Positions 17,770-27,023 of a DNA stretch of 58,051 nt are shown in pieces; the stretch's first letter is position 1; every line of letters begins with the position of its first letter. Position numbers and translations under genes: made by a program. The notes beneath the pieces are model-generated. The model was given only the letters and a program-made list of their open reading frames with translations. It was not told where the DNA came from and did no database searches. Origin of the DNA: an uncultured bacterium (GTDB lineage: Bacteria > Eisenbacteria > RBG-16-71-46); contig CAZYQK010000001.1 of NCBI GenBank assembly GCA_964650245.1, positions 1-58,051 on the forward strand. Reading direction: 5' to 3'.

Positions 17770-18462
17770 ATGAAGACTTCGCTCCTCTGCATCCTCGGCG
17801 CAATGCCGCTCATGCTCATCGCCGCGTCGGCGTTCGCGGTTCCCGTCACCGGCGTCTACAACTCCACGGATCTGGGCGGGGCGCTCCTCACCGGGCGCGG
17901 CTCGACGTCGCGGGCGTGCGTCAACACCTGCGGCGGCATCGGCGATGTCATCAACGCCGAATCGTGGAATACCGTGGCGCTCGCGACCCAGTGGTATGTC
18001 CACTGCCCGACCGAGGCCACGGCCTACACCGTGAACGACCAGCGCGTGAACGGCACCGGCCCCGTGACCTACACCAGCACGTTCAGCGGCGGGAGCTTCT
18101 CGTTCGCTCCAGGCCCATGGGGCTCGGGCACCGGAACGCTCAACTCGACGCTGGTCATCAGCACGGTGCAGTTCATCAACATCGGCGGCAACAGCACGCC
18201 GGTCGCGTCGCGCGCCAACATTCAGAGCAGCGGTCTGTTCGCGGGTGGCTGCAACCTCACCTTTGCGATCGCGAACGGCATCGGCGCGGGCGAGACCCCG
18301 ATGGTGAAACCCGTCACCTATCCCCCGTTCCTGGACACGAGCTGCAACCCGACCCGGATCTACGGGACGTGGGGAGACGTGAGCCAGATCACCCTGATGA
18401 TCGATTGCGCGACCGCCGCACGCCATTCGAGCTGGGGCTCGCTCAAGACCCGCTACCGGTAG
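17770..18462 (+). CDS. Secreted Cys-containing hypothetical protein
   Basis: GGGAGA sits 7 nt before the ATG. Signal peptide is MKTSLLCILGAMPLMLIAASAFA. The body is Gly/Thr/Ser/Asn-rich with 7 Cys in the predicted mature protein (8 counting one in the signal peptide) and ends ...SSWGSLKTRYR. I recognise no family. Confidence 0.7.
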   Translation: MKTSLLCILGAMPLMLIAASAFAVPVTGVYNSTDLGGALLTGRGSTSRACVNTCGGIGDVINAESWNTVALATQWYVHCPTEATAYTVNDQRVNGTGPVTYTSTFSGGSFSFAPGPWGSGTGTLNSTLVISTVQFINIGGNSTPVASRANIQSSGLFAGGCNLTFAIANGIGAGETPMVKPVTYPPFLDTSCNPTRIYGTWGDVSQITLMIDCATAARHSSWGSLKTRYR

Positions 18463-18480
18463 GCGCCGAGAGCGGGAGGC

Positions 18481-18515
18481 GGACGGCCCCGCGTTAAGGA
18501 CCACGCGGGGCCGCC
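18481..18515 (+). terminator. GC-rich hairpin downstream of the secreted-protein gene (candidate intrinsic terminator)
   Basis: A 10-bp perfect stem (18484-18493 pairs with 18504-18513, CGGCCCCGCG/CGCGGGGCCG) with a 10-nt loop. No U-tract follows. Confidence 0.4.
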
Positions 18516-18622
18516 GCGTCTCATGGGCGCAGAGGAGTCGCCCGGGCCGCGCGCCGCCTCGAGGTTTGTGCCCACTCGGCGGTGGTGACAACGTAGGCGC
18601 CTCCCGCTCCCCCGGAGGTTGC

Positions 18623-19615
18623 ATGGCACGATCGCGCATTACCGGCGTCGGCTTCCACGTGCCCCCGCGCGTGGTCCGCAACGCAGACCTCGAGCAGTTG
18701 ATGGACACCAGCGACGCGTGGATCGTCGAGCGCACCGGGATCCACGAGCGGCGCTGGGTGGAACCCGGCACCGGCACCAGCGACCTCGCGCTCGAAGCTG
18801 CGAAGAAGGCGCTCGCCGACGCGGGCCGCGCGCCGGCCGATCTCGACATGATCCTCGCCGCCACAACCACCCCCGATTACGCGTTTCCTGGCATCGGCCC
18901 GCTGCTGCAGGAGCGGCTCGGTATCCACACCGTCGGCACCATAGATATCCACAACGCCTGCTCCGGGTTCATCTACGCGCTCGCCACCGCCGACGCGTTC
19001 GTGCGCGCCGGCACCTGCAGGTGCGTGCTGGTGGCCGGCGCCGAGGTGCAGAGCACCGGCCTCGATCTCTCGACCGCCGGCCGCGACATGGCCGTGCTGT
19101 TTGGCGACGGCGCGGGCGCCGCGATCGTCGAGCCATGCGAGGACGGCCGCGGAATCCTCGCCTGCGCGCTTCACGCCGAGGGCGCGCACGCCCGCGAGCT
19201 GTGGGCCGAAGCCCCGACCTCGCGCGTGATGGGCCGGCTCACGCACCAGATGATGGACGAGGGCCGCCAGTACCCGAAGATGAACGGCCGGCAGGTCTTC
19301 AAGCACGCGACCACGAGATTCCCCGAGGTGATCCTGGAGGTCGTGGCGCAGGCCGGCTGCTCGCTCGCGGACGTGGCGCTGGTGGTGCCGCACCAGGCCA
19401 ACCGTCGCATCGGCGACGCGATCGCCGAGCGCCTCCGCCTCCCAGCCGAAAAGGTGTTTCAGAACATCGACCGCTACGGCAATACCACCGCGGCGAGCAT
19501 CCCGATCGCGCTCGCCGAGGCGCGGGATCAAGGGCGGGTGAAACCCGGCGACCTGGTGGTGCTCGCGGCGTTCGGCGGCGGGTTCGCGTGGGGCGCCGCG
19601 GCGATGAGATGGTAG
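18623..19615 (+). CDS. fabH: 3-oxoacyl-ACP synthase III (FabH)
   Basis: GGAGG precedes the ATG at 18623. Contains ITGVGFHVPPRVVRNADLE, NACSGFIYAL (active-site Cys), VVPHQANRRI and YGNTTAASIPIAL. Confidence 0.92.
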   Translation: MARSRITGVGFHVPPRVVRNADLEQLMDTSDAWIVERTGIHERRWVEPGTGTSDLALEAAKKALADAGRAPADLDMILAATTTPDYAFPGIGPLLQERLGIHTVGTIDIHNACSGFIYALATADAFVRAGTCRCVLVAGAEVQSTGLDLSTAGRDMAVLFGDGAGAAIVEPCEDGRGILACALHAEGAHARELWAEAPTSRVMGRLTHQMMDEGRQYPKMNGRQVFKHATTRFPEVILEVVAQAGCSLADVALVVPHQANRRIGDAIAERLRLPAEKVFQNIDRYGNTTAASIPIALAEARDQGRVKPGDLVVLAAFGGGFAWGAAAMRW

Positions 19616-19649
19616 CGCGATCCGGGGTCGCGCGGGTCGCGTCGGGTGT

Positions 19650-19859
19650 TCAGCCGCCCGGGACGGCCGCCGCGCCGGCCTGCGACTCGACCTGCCTCCG
19701 CATCGGATCGAGCACGTCGCCGGCGAGCCCCAGCCGCTGCGGGGGGACGCGCTCCTCCAGGAATCGCAGCGTGGCCAGGCAACCTCGCGCGTCGCCGCGA
19801 CCGAATTGAGCTCCGGCCATCGCCACGAGCACCGCGAGGTTATTGCCGCCCCGCGCGTT
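19650..19859 (-). pseudogene. Possible C-terminal remnant of a TPR-like protein (tadD-like position); very tentative
   Basis: A high-GC3 frame reads ...NNLAVLVAMAGAQFGRGDARGCLATLRFLEERVPPQRL...*. No credible N-terminus exists, because upstream codons run into the SGNH repeat copy in antisense. Confidence 0.25.
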
Positions 19860-20113
19860 TGCCGGACACGCGGGGACAACGGTCGCCTCGCGGCCCATGC
19901 CGCGCTGGCGATTCGAGCACACGCTGTTCGCCCTCTGGTGCGTGACGCTTCTCGTGGGTGCGGAGCTCCGCTCGCGGTCGCTGGCTCTGACCGCACTCCT
20001 GCGGCCGCGCTGGCACGGGTTCGCCCCCGATTCCGTGCTCGGCTACGGCCACCGGCCCAACTACGGCGGTCGGATCTTCTACGGCTCGACGCTCGTCGTG
20101 CGCACCAACCACC
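19845..20113 (+). repeat. Direct repeat copy 1 (SGNH 5' UTR plus the first ~72 codons)
   Basis: By-eye alignment gives about 87% identity to 29631-29898. Its 3' portion (from about 20011) is about 90% identical to 29429-29531. Confidence 0.75.
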
Positions 20114-20184
20114 GCGACTGCACACGCCCCGCGAGCTTCTCGCGGCGCGACGGCGATCGCGCGGGCGCGGAGACCCTGAGCTGA
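19897..20184 (+). pseudogene. Truncated 5' fragment of an SGNH-hydrolase paralog (repeat copy 1)
   Basis: MPRWRFEHTLFALWCVTLLVGAEL...WHGFAPDSVLGYGHRPNYGGRIFY...VRTNH parallels residues 1-72 of the intact gene at 29682. It then diverges and stops after 95 codons, against 384 in the intact copy. Confidence 0.65.
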
Positions 20185-20195
20185 GCAGCGAAGCT

Positions 20196-20291
20196 CTAGT
20201 GGTCCGCGCGGTTGCGGGTGTTCTTCGAGCGCCGCATCCACCACAGCGCGGCGAGCACGACCACCGGAACCCAGATCAGCCACTTGATCAC
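20196..20291 (-). CDS. Unannotated 31-aa single-TM micro-protein at the 3' end of the tad operon
   Basis: Too short for the ORF track. AAGGAGG lies 8 nt upstream of the GTG at 20291. Translation is MIKWLIWVPVVVLAALWWMRRSKNTRNRADH*, a hydrophobic helix plus a basic tail. An in-frame GTG 9 nt further upstream would give 34 aa. Confidence 0.4.
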   Translation of the reverse strand: MIKWLIWVPVVVLAALWWMRRSKNTRNRADH

Positions 20292-20350
20292 CGTCGTCAC
20301 CTCCTTTTCAGCCGCGCCGGGCACGGCGCGGAGCGCATTGACCGTTCCGT

Positions 20351-21271
20351 CTAGTCCCCGGACACCAGCGCCTTCCCGATCTGGATCGCGGCGGGCCCGA
20401 GGATCACCACCATCAGGGCGGGCAGGATGAGCAGCACCAGCGGGAACGCGAGCTTCACGGCGGCCTTGCGCGCTAGCATCTCAGCCCGCTGGCGCCGGCG
20501 CGTGCGCATGGACTGGGCGTGCGCCCGCAGAGCGTCCGCCACGCTCGTGCCCAGCCGGTCGGTCTGGATCAGCATCGCCACCAGCGAGTAGAGGTCTTGG
20601 ACCCCGGTACGCCGCGCCAGGTTGCGCAGGGCGTCGAACCGGGCCACGCCGGCCAGCATCTCCTGGTTCACGACCGCGAGCTCGCCCGAGAGGGCCGGGC
20701 TCGCGAGCGCAATTTCGTCGGCCACCCGCTGGATGGCGGCGGCGATTCCGAGACCGGCTTCAACGCAGACCACCAGCAGGTCCAGCGCGTCCGGCAACGC
20801 CGCCAGGACCTCGTCGTGGCGCCGCCGCTGCCGGATCGAGACGATCAGCGAGGGCAGATAGAAGCCGACCACGGCGCACGCCACCGCCCAGACCGCCACG
20901 CTGCCGAGCGGCCGCGCGGTCAGGTAGGCGATCCCGATCCAGGCCAGGGGCAGCAGGATCGCGCACGCGATCTTGCTGCCCAGGAACACCATCACCGCTT
21001 CCGGGCTCCGGAATCCCGCGCGCACCAGCCCGGTACGTAGCACGTCGCGCCCCTCCGGGGCCGGCAGGAAGCCGCCCAGCCGCGCCAGCAGCTCGACCAG
21101 TGGGTGGGGCCGCTCGCCGAAGCTCTCGCGCGCGGCGGAGGCGTGCGTCGCCCGGATCTGGCGCAGGCGGGCCGCGACCGGGTCCCGGGCGTTGGCGACC
21201 TGCGCCCAGACCGCGTAGGCCGCGATCGTGACGGCGCCGAACAGGAGCAGGCTGAAGGTCAGGGTTTCCAT
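20351..21271 (-). CDS. tadC: Tad pilus platform protein TadC (GspF family)
   Basis: Trimmed to the METLTFSLLLFGAV start. Contains the T2SS-F domain ALPDALDLLVVCVEAGLGIAAAIQRVA and C-terminal TM helices. Confidence 0.9.
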   Translation of the reverse strand: METLTFSLLLFGAVTIAAYAVWAQVANARDPVAARLRQIRATHASAARESFGERPHPLVELLARLGGFLPAPEGRDVLRTGLVRAGFRSPEAVMVFLGSKIACAILLPLAWIGIAYLTARPLGSVAVWAVACAVVGFYLPSLIVSIRQRRRHDEVLAALPDALDLLVVCVEAGLGIAAAIQRVADEIALASPALSGELAVVNQEMLAGVARFDALRNLARRTGVQDLYSLVAMLIQTDRLGTSVADALRAHAQSMRTRRRQRAEMLARKAAVKLAFPLVLLILPALMVVILGPAAIQIGKALVSGD

Positions 21272-21272
21272 G

Positions 21273-22226
21273 TCAGACTCGGATGCTGACGATCTTGCGC
21301 ACCGCGACAATGCCCGCGAGCTGCATGAACGCGGCGACCCAGAGCGCCACCCGCCCGCCGTGCGATTCCAGCATCGGCCGGAAGAAGTCGGGTGTTACGA
21401 CCAGCATGAACAACGAAACGGAGATCGGAAGACAGACCAGGATGAAGCCCGTGAGCTTCCCCTGCGCCGTAAAGGTCCGAATGTCGCCCAGCACCCGGAA
21501 GCGGTCGCGGATGAGCGCGGAGGTGTTGGCGAGGACCTCGGCCAGGTTGCCGCCGGTCTCGCGCTGGAGCAGCACGGCGGTCACGAAGAAGCGCAGGTCG
21601 ATCACGTCCACCCGCCGCGTCAGGTGGAACAGCGCCTCGCGCGGCTCGAGACCCAGGGCCTGCTCCTCCACCGTCACGGCGAACTCGCCCCGCACCGGCT
21701 CGGGCGCCTCCTCGGCCACGATCTGCATGGCCGCGCTGAAGGAAAGCCCGGCGCGCAGGGCGCTCACCAGCAGGTCCAGGGCGTCCGGGAATTCGCGGGC
21801 GAAGGCCTTCATCCGCTCGCGCTTGCGCCCCAGCACGTAGAGCAGGGGCAGCGGCCCGCACGCGGCGAAGCCGACCAGCGCCGGGAACAGGCGGTGGAAC
21901 AGCGCGAGTCCCAGCAAGTAGCCGCCCGCCGCGAACACCGCGCACAACAGGATCAGCGTGCCGGCCCGCAGCTCGAGCCCCGCCTGATAGAGCAGCATCT
22001 CCATCCGCTCGCCCAGGCGCAGCCCGCGCAGCACCCGGTCCATCCAGGGGATCGCGCTGTAGCGCCGGTCGCGCTCCAGCTCCGGCCCCGGGCGCTCGCG
22101 GCGCGGCGCGAGACGGCGCAGCCGCTCTCCCAGGGCCCGCGCCACCGCGCCGCCGCGCCGGAGCCCGACGCCCAGCACGAGCAGGATCACGGCCGCCGCG
22201 AGCAGGATAGGGAACATCAGGTTCAT
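21273..22226 (-). CDS. tadB: Tad pilus platform protein TadB (GspF family)
   Basis: FPDALDLLVSALRAGLSFSAAMQIV is present, with N- and C-terminal TM helices. The start overlaps the cpaF stop (ATGA). Confidence 0.9.
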   Translation of the reverse strand: MNLMFPILLAAAVILLVLGVGLRRGGAVARALGERLRRLAPRRERPGPELERDRRYSAIPWMDRVLRGLRLGERMEMLLYQAGLELRAGTLILLCAVFAAGGYLLGLALFHRLFPALVGFAACGPLPLLYVLGRKRERMKAFAREFPDALDLLVSALRAGLSFSAAMQIVAEEAPEPVRGEFAVTVEEQALGLEPREALFHLTRRVDVIDLRFFVTAVLLQRETGGNLAEVLANTSALIRDRFRVLGDIRTFTAQGKLTGFILVCLPISVSLFMLVVTPDFFRPMLESHGGRVALWVAAFMQLAGIVAVRKIVSIRV

Positions 22227-23596
22227 GCGGCCTTCCTCAGGGGGCGGCCGCGCTCGAAGATCGCGGGCGGCAGCTCCACGCCGGCGATTCGCAGGCGCTC
22301 GATGCAGCGCGGCACGATGCCGGTGGCCTCGAAGTCACCCCTGATCTTCCCGCCCGCGTCGTGCCCGGCGACAGCGAAGCGGAAGATCTCCTGCATCGTC
22401 ACGACCGGCCCTTCCATGCCGACCAGCTCCTGGATCGAAAGCACCTTCCGGGTGCCGTCGGCCAGGCGGGACACGTGCACCAGCAGGTCGAGGGCGGAGG
22501 CCACCTGTTCGCGAATCGCGCGATCGGGAAGCTCGTGCCCGGCCATCAGCACCAGGTTCTCGAGCCGGTGGAGCGCGTCGCGCGGCCCGTTGGAGTGAAG
22601 CGTCGTGAGCGAGCCGTCGTGGCCGGTGTTCATCGCCTGCAACATGTCGAGCACCTCCTCACCGCGCACCTCGCCGACGATGATGCGGTCCGGCCGCATG
22701 CGGAGCGCGTTCTTCACCAGGTCCCGCTGGGTGATCTGACCCCGGCCCTCGATGTTGGGCGGGCGCGTCTCCAGCCGCACCACGTGCAGCTGCTGGAGCA
22801 TGAGCTCGGCGGAGTCCTCGATCGTGACGACGCGCTCGTCATTCGAGATGTAGCGCGACAGGATGTTGAGCAGGGTGGTCTTGCCCGAGCCCGTGCCGCC
22901 GGTGATGAGCATGTTTAGCCGGGCCCGGATGCAGGCGGTCAGAAACTCCGCCATCTCGGGGGCGAGCGTCCCGAAATCCAGCAGATGGTCGATCGCCAGC
23001 GCGCTGCGCCGGAAGCGCCGGATCGAGAGCACGGGTCCGTCGATCGCAGCGGGCGGGATGATCGCGTTCACGCGCGAGCCATCCGGCAGGCGCGCGTCCA
23101 CCAGCGGCACCGACTCGTCGATCCGCCGCCCGACGCGCGAGATGATGCGGTCGATCACCAGTCGCAGATGGGCCTCGTCGCGGAACGCGACCGGCGTGAG
23201 CTCGAGCTTGCCGAGCCGCTCGATGTAGACCTGGCGGTGCGTGTTGACCAGGATGTCGCTGATCTCGTCGTCGAGCAGCAGCGGCGTGATGGGCCCCAGG
23301 TCGAAGGTGTCGTGCATCAGTTCGGTGATCAGACGCTCCTCATCGGCGCGCGTGAACCGCATCTCCAACTCCACGATCAGCCGGCGCGCGACGCGCTCGA
23401 CCCGGGCCCGTCGCTCGGCGTCGTCCAGACCCTCGAGCTGAGCCAGGTCCAGCTTCGCGATCAGCTCGCGGTGGAGCCGGGTCTTCATGGCCTGGTAGCG
23501 GTCGGGCTCGTGTTCCGCCGGACTAGTCGCCGCTAGCGGATGCGGAGTCGCCGCGGCGTCGGCCCGGTCCCGTCCCAGTCGTTGACGCAGGTTCAT
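22223..23596 (-). CDS. cpaF: Tad pilus ATPase CpaF/TadA
   Basis: The ATG at 23596 overlaps the cpaE stop (ATGA). Walker A is [12 protein letters not shown], with [20 protein letters not shown] and [13 protein letters not shown]. Confidence 0.95.
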   Translation of the reverse strand: MNLRQRLGRDRADAAATPHPLAATSPAEHEPDRYQAMKTRLHRELIAKLDLAQLEGLDDAERRARVERVARRLIVELEMRFTRADEERLITELMHDTFDLGPITPLLLDDEISDILVNTHRQVYIERLGKLELTPVAFRDEAHLRLVIDRIISRVGRRIDESVPLVDARLPDGSRVNAIIPPAAIDGPVLSIRRFRRSALAIDHLLDFGTLAPEMAEFLTACIRARLNMLITGGTGSGKTTLLNILSRYISNDERVVTIEDSAELMLQQLHVVRLETRPPNIEGRGQITQRDLVKNALRMRPDRIIVGEVRGEEVLDMLQAMNTGHDGSLTTLHSNGPRDALHRLENLVLMAGHELPDRAIREQVASALDLLVHVSRLADGTRKVLSIQELVGMEGPVVTMQEIFRFAVAGHDAGGKIRGDFEATGIVPRCIERLRIAGVELPPAIFERGRPLRKAA

Positions 23597-24801
23597 GCCG
23601 CCCTTCCCTTTCTGAATGGCCAGAGCCCGGCCCTGCGGGGCGGCTCGTCCGCCGTCACCTCGAGCCGCTCGAAATCGGCGCCGGCCAGCAGGCGGGCGAG
23701 CGCCGTCAAGTCGCGGGCCGCGCGGCTGTCGGGAGCGTCCTCGCAAAGCGGCCGGCCCAGGTTGATCGCCTTGCTCACGGCGCCGTAGTCGTTGGCGATC
23801 CGGCCCGCCAACGGCAGTGCCAGCGTCTCCTCGAACTGCGCGAGCGAGATGCTGCCCGACTCGACGTACCGGTTCACGACCGGGCGCACCCGGTCGGGCG
23901 TCACCAGGTAGTTGAGCCGCTGGAACACCTCGAGCGCCCGGCGCGCCGCCCGGGCCGAGGGGACGCTCAGCTCGGTCACGAGCAGGATCGTGCTCGAGCG
24001 ATCGAAGATCTCGAGCGTCACGTCGCTGAAACCGTGCGGTGCATCCACCACCACGTAATCGAACATCGCGCTCAGAACCTCGAGCACGCTCCCCGCGCTT
24101 CCGGCATCCAGACCGTCGGCGCGGTCGAGCTGCTCGGGTTGGGGAAGCACGCAGACGCCGCTCTGGTGCTTGGCCAGGGCGTCCTGCACGCTCGCCGAGT
24201 CCACCCGCGCCGCTGCCACCACGTCGGCGAGCGAGCGGTGGAAATCGAGTCCCATCAGAAACGCGACGTCGCCGGACTGATGGTCGAGATCGGCGAGCGC
24301 GACCTGACGTTCGGTGAGACGGCGTAGCGCGATGGCCAGGTTGGTGGCGATCGTGCTGCACCCGAGGCCGCCCTTGTTCGAGAACACCGTGATCACGGTG
24401 TGGCCGGTGGCGCCCTGCTTGCGCGCCTTGAACGCCGCCACGCGCTCGATGGCCGCGCCGATCGCGCTGCGGTCGAACGGGCGGCGCAGCACGTCCTGCG
24501 CGCCGGTGCGCATCGCGCGCACCAGGGTATCGGGGTCGACCTGGTCGGTGGCCAGGAACAGCGCCACCTCCGGGTGCTCCATCCGGTACTGGGCGGCGGC
24601 TGCGAGCGCATCCTCGACGGGCGGGGCCAGATCGAGCACCAGGATGTCCGGCCGCACCTGGTGCGCCAGCGCGAGGCCGCCGCGCAGGTCGGAGCGCTCA
24701 CCCGCGATCTGGACGCCGCCCAGAGCCTCGAACGCGGCGCGCAGCTGGCCGCGCTCGTGGGCGTCGCGGTGGACCAGGATCACCGACAGCGGATGGCTCA
24801 A
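23593..24801 (-). CDS. cpaE: CpaE/TadZ: atypical receiver domain plus ParA/MinD-like ATPase
   Basis: TTG start at 24801 after GGGGAGGA. The N-terminal REC-like fold reads ILVHRD...DILVLDL. A deviant Walker A (FSNKGGLGCSTIATNLA) follows. The upstream part of listed ORF 23593..25842 is a shadow over tadG. Confidence 0.88.
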   Translation of the reverse strand: MSHPLSVILVHRDAHERGQLRAAFEALGGVQIAGERSDLRGGLALAHQVRPDILVLDLAPPVEDALAAAAQYRMEHPEVALFLATDQVDPDTLVRAMRTGAQDVLRRPFDRSAIGAAIERVAAFKARKQGATGHTVITVFSNKGGLGCSTIATNLAIALRRLTERQVALADLDHQSGDVAFLMGLDFHRSLADVVAAARVDSASVQDALAKHQSGVCVLPQPEQLDRADGLDAGSAGSVLEVLSAMFDYVVVDAPHGFSDVTLEIFDRSSTILLVTELSVPSARAARRALEVFQRLNYLVTPDRVRPVVNRYVESGSISLAQFEETLALPLAGRIANDYGAVSKAINLGRPLCEDAPDSRAARDLTALARLLAGADFERLEVTADEPPRRAGLWPFRKGRAA

Positions 24802-24818
24802 GGCGCGGTCCTCCCCGG

Positions 24819-25853
24819 TCAGCGGTTCGGGACGAGACGGATACTGAAGGCCACGGCCCCGGAGCCGGTCCCGCCGCCGGTGCCCGGAATGACCTGATAA
24901 AGGAACTCGCCCTGGAGCGTGCCCTGGTTGCCGGCCCCCGGGCGCTGCTTGATGAAGAAGGCGGCGAAGCCGAGCACGGTGACGCTCGGCTGCCCCGCGA
25001 CCGGGGTCGTGATCGGCACGAAGAAGACGCGCTGGCCGGTTCCCCCGCGCGCCAGGTACTCGCTGTAGCAGATGTTCTCCACGCGGACCGCGTCGGCGTC
25101 GAACCGGGCGTCGATCGCCTGGCGGAGCGGACCCGACATGTTGCCCGACTCGGTGTTGAGGACGTCCCCCAGCGAGACCGGACAGCAGTAGCCGTTCGCC
25201 ATCAGGCAGCGGAAGGTGTTTGCGCCGGTGGCCGGCATGCCCGCGCAGACGCCCCTGTCCGGGCAGGTTGGAAAATCGATCGCCCCGTACTGCCCGTTGC
25301 TGCCCGCGCCGCCGCCGACCTTGAGCGTGTAGACGTTGCTGCAGCCGACCTGGAAGGTCTGCCCCGGCTCGGGGGACACGCCGAGCGGCACGACCCCGCA
25401 GAGCGCGGTGCCGGTGGTCTCGACCCGGGCGGTCGCGGTCGCCGTCACCGAGAGCCTGGTGACGCCCAGCACCTGGGCGAGCGTGGTGACCATCGACTCG
25501 CTGCCCTCGCGCCGCACCGTGGCCCGCACCCGGCCGGCGGAGGGAAACGTCACGTCGCCCGCGGCCAGCACCACAGGCTGGGGATCGCCGATGAACGCCT
25601 TGTTGCTCGCGGCCACGGCCTGCGCCCGGGAGACCGCGAGGTCGGTCTGGATCACGCCGGTCGCCGGGTCCAGCGCCGAGGCGCCCGCGAGCGCCGCGGC
25701 GTCCGCCGCGTTCTGGAGCTGGGTGCGGGTCGCGGCGAGCTTCGCCACGTCCACCGCCAGCGAACCGAATCCGAGGAGCACGAGGAGGAAGAGCGCGAGC
25801 CAGATGATGACGACCCCGCGCTCCCCGCGCCCCGTCCGGCATTCGCGGCTCAC
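24819..25853 (-). CDS. tadG: TadG-like Flp pilus assembly protein (pseudopilin-like N-terminus)
   Basis: N-terminus GERGVVIIWLALFLLVLLGFGSLAVDVAKL, followed by NAADAAALAGA, which is characteristic of the TadG/TadE-like family. Confidence 0.8.
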   Translation of the reverse strand: MSRECRTGRGERGVVIIWLALFLLVLLGFGSLAVDVAKLAATRTQLQNAADAAALAGASALDPATGVIQTDLAVSRAQAVAASNKAFIGDPQPVVLAAGDVTFPSAGRVRATVRREGSESMVTTLAQVLGVTRLSVTATATARVETTGTALCGVVPLGVSPEPGQTFQVGCSNVYTLKVGGGAGSNGQYGAIDFPTCPDRGVCAGMPATGANTFRCLMANGYCCPVSLGDVLNTESGNMSGPLRQAIDARFDADAVRVENICYSEYLARGGTGQRVFFVPITTPVAGQPSVTVLGFAAFFIKQRPGAGNQGTLQGEFLYQVIPGTGGGTGSGAVAFSIRLVPNR

Positions 25854-25866
25854 GTCAGCATCCTCC

Positions 25867-26994
25867 TCAGCGGGCCGGCTCCGGCCGGTCCGTGGGGAGC
25901 GCCGGCAGCGTGCTCGCCGCGGCGCCCAGCACCTCGGGCGAGACCACGACCAGCAGCTCGCGCTCCACGCGGTCGGTCAGCGTGTGCGTGAAGAAGAACC
26001 CGAGCAGCGGAATGTGGCCCAGGACCGGGACGCGCTTGACGCTTCGGAGTCGGTCGGCCTGCTTGAGCCCGCCGATCACCAGGTGCTCGCCCCCGCGCAG
26101 GCTCACCGTCGTCGAGGTGCGGCGCGTGACCACGGCCGGCACCGTGAAGCCGCTCAACGTAAGCGGGTTCGAGAAGTCGATCTGGCTCACCTCGGTGTCC
26201 ACCTCGAGCGTGATGGTGCCGTCCTCCTCCACCGTGGGCGTGAAGTCCACCTGAACGCCGAACGCCTTCCACTCGATCGTGATCGTGACGAAATTGCCAC
26301 CGGCACCCCCGGCGCTGCTCGCCACCGGCACCGGGAACTCGCCGCCCGCATGGAAGCTGGCCTTCTGCCCGCTGCGCGCGACCAGGGTCGGGCTGGCCAG
26401 CACGCGCACGTCGCCCTTCTCCTCGAGTGCCCGCCAGATGGTCTGGAGCGAAACGTCCCCGCGCGCGCGCCGGTAGTTCATGAAGCCGTCGGTCACGGGG
26501 CCGATCGAGAGCGGGTCGGACGGGCTCGACACCTTTGTCGTGTAGAGCCCGCCGCGCAGCACGCCGTCCAGGAGCGGATGCGTGTTCTGGACCGAGCCCA
26601 GCAGGTCGAGCCCCAGCTCCCGACGGGCGCTTTCGTCCACCTCGGCCACGCGCACGGCGAGCTGCACCTGCTCCCGGGCGTTGGGCACGAACACCTCGAC
26701 ATCGTACATGGAGAAGCGCGCGCCTTCGCCGTAGATGACGAGGGTGGTCACGCCTGGCGACTTGCCGTTCACGACCACCGTGCGGGCCGAGCCGATCGCG
26801 GCATCCGCGATCTTGGGCTCGGCGATCGCCACCGTCCGGACGTCTTCGCTCGAGGACACCACCTCGGCGCGCCCCACCGGAACGCGGAGCTTCTGGCGGG
26901 CCTCCGCGCCCGCGGCCGTGACCGGCGCGAGCAGCACCAGCGCGGCGATCACGCCGGTCCACCACTCCCTGCGCGTCTGCACCATCATGGGCAT
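25867..26994 (-). CDS. cpaC: Tad secretin CpaC/RcpA
   Basis: Signal peptide, BON-like N domain, and secretin core LASPTLVARSGQKASFHAGGEFPVP...VPVLGHIPLLGFFF. Confidence 0.92.
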   Translation of the reverse strand: MPMMVQTRREWWTGVIAALVLLAPVTAAGAEARQKLRVPVGRAEVVSSSEDVRTVAIAEPKIADAAIGSARTVVVNGKSPGVTTLVIYGEGARFSMYDVEVFVPNAREQVQLAVRVAEVDESARRELGLDLLGSVQNTHPLLDGVLRGGLYTTKVSSPSDPLSIGPVTDGFMNYRRARGDVSLQTIWRALEEKGDVRVLASPTLVARSGQKASFHAGGEFPVPVASSAGGAGGNFVTITIEWKAFGVQVDFTPTVEEDGTITLEVDTEVSQIDFSNPLTLSGFTVPAVVTRRTSTTVSLRGGEHLVIGGLKQADRLRSVKRVPVLGHIPLLGFFFTHTLTDRVERELLVVVSPEVLGAAASTLPALPTDRPEPAR

Positions 26995-27023
26995 TCCCTC
27001 CCTGGCTCCAACGCCGCGCCGGC

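Noticed and set aside
19843-20184. 113-aa ORF as an intact small gene
   Set aside because: Its first ~72 residues after the ATG at 19897 copy the N-terminus of the 384-aa SGNH hydrolase. It then diverges into Arg-rich sequence and stops, so it is called a pseudogene fragment instead.
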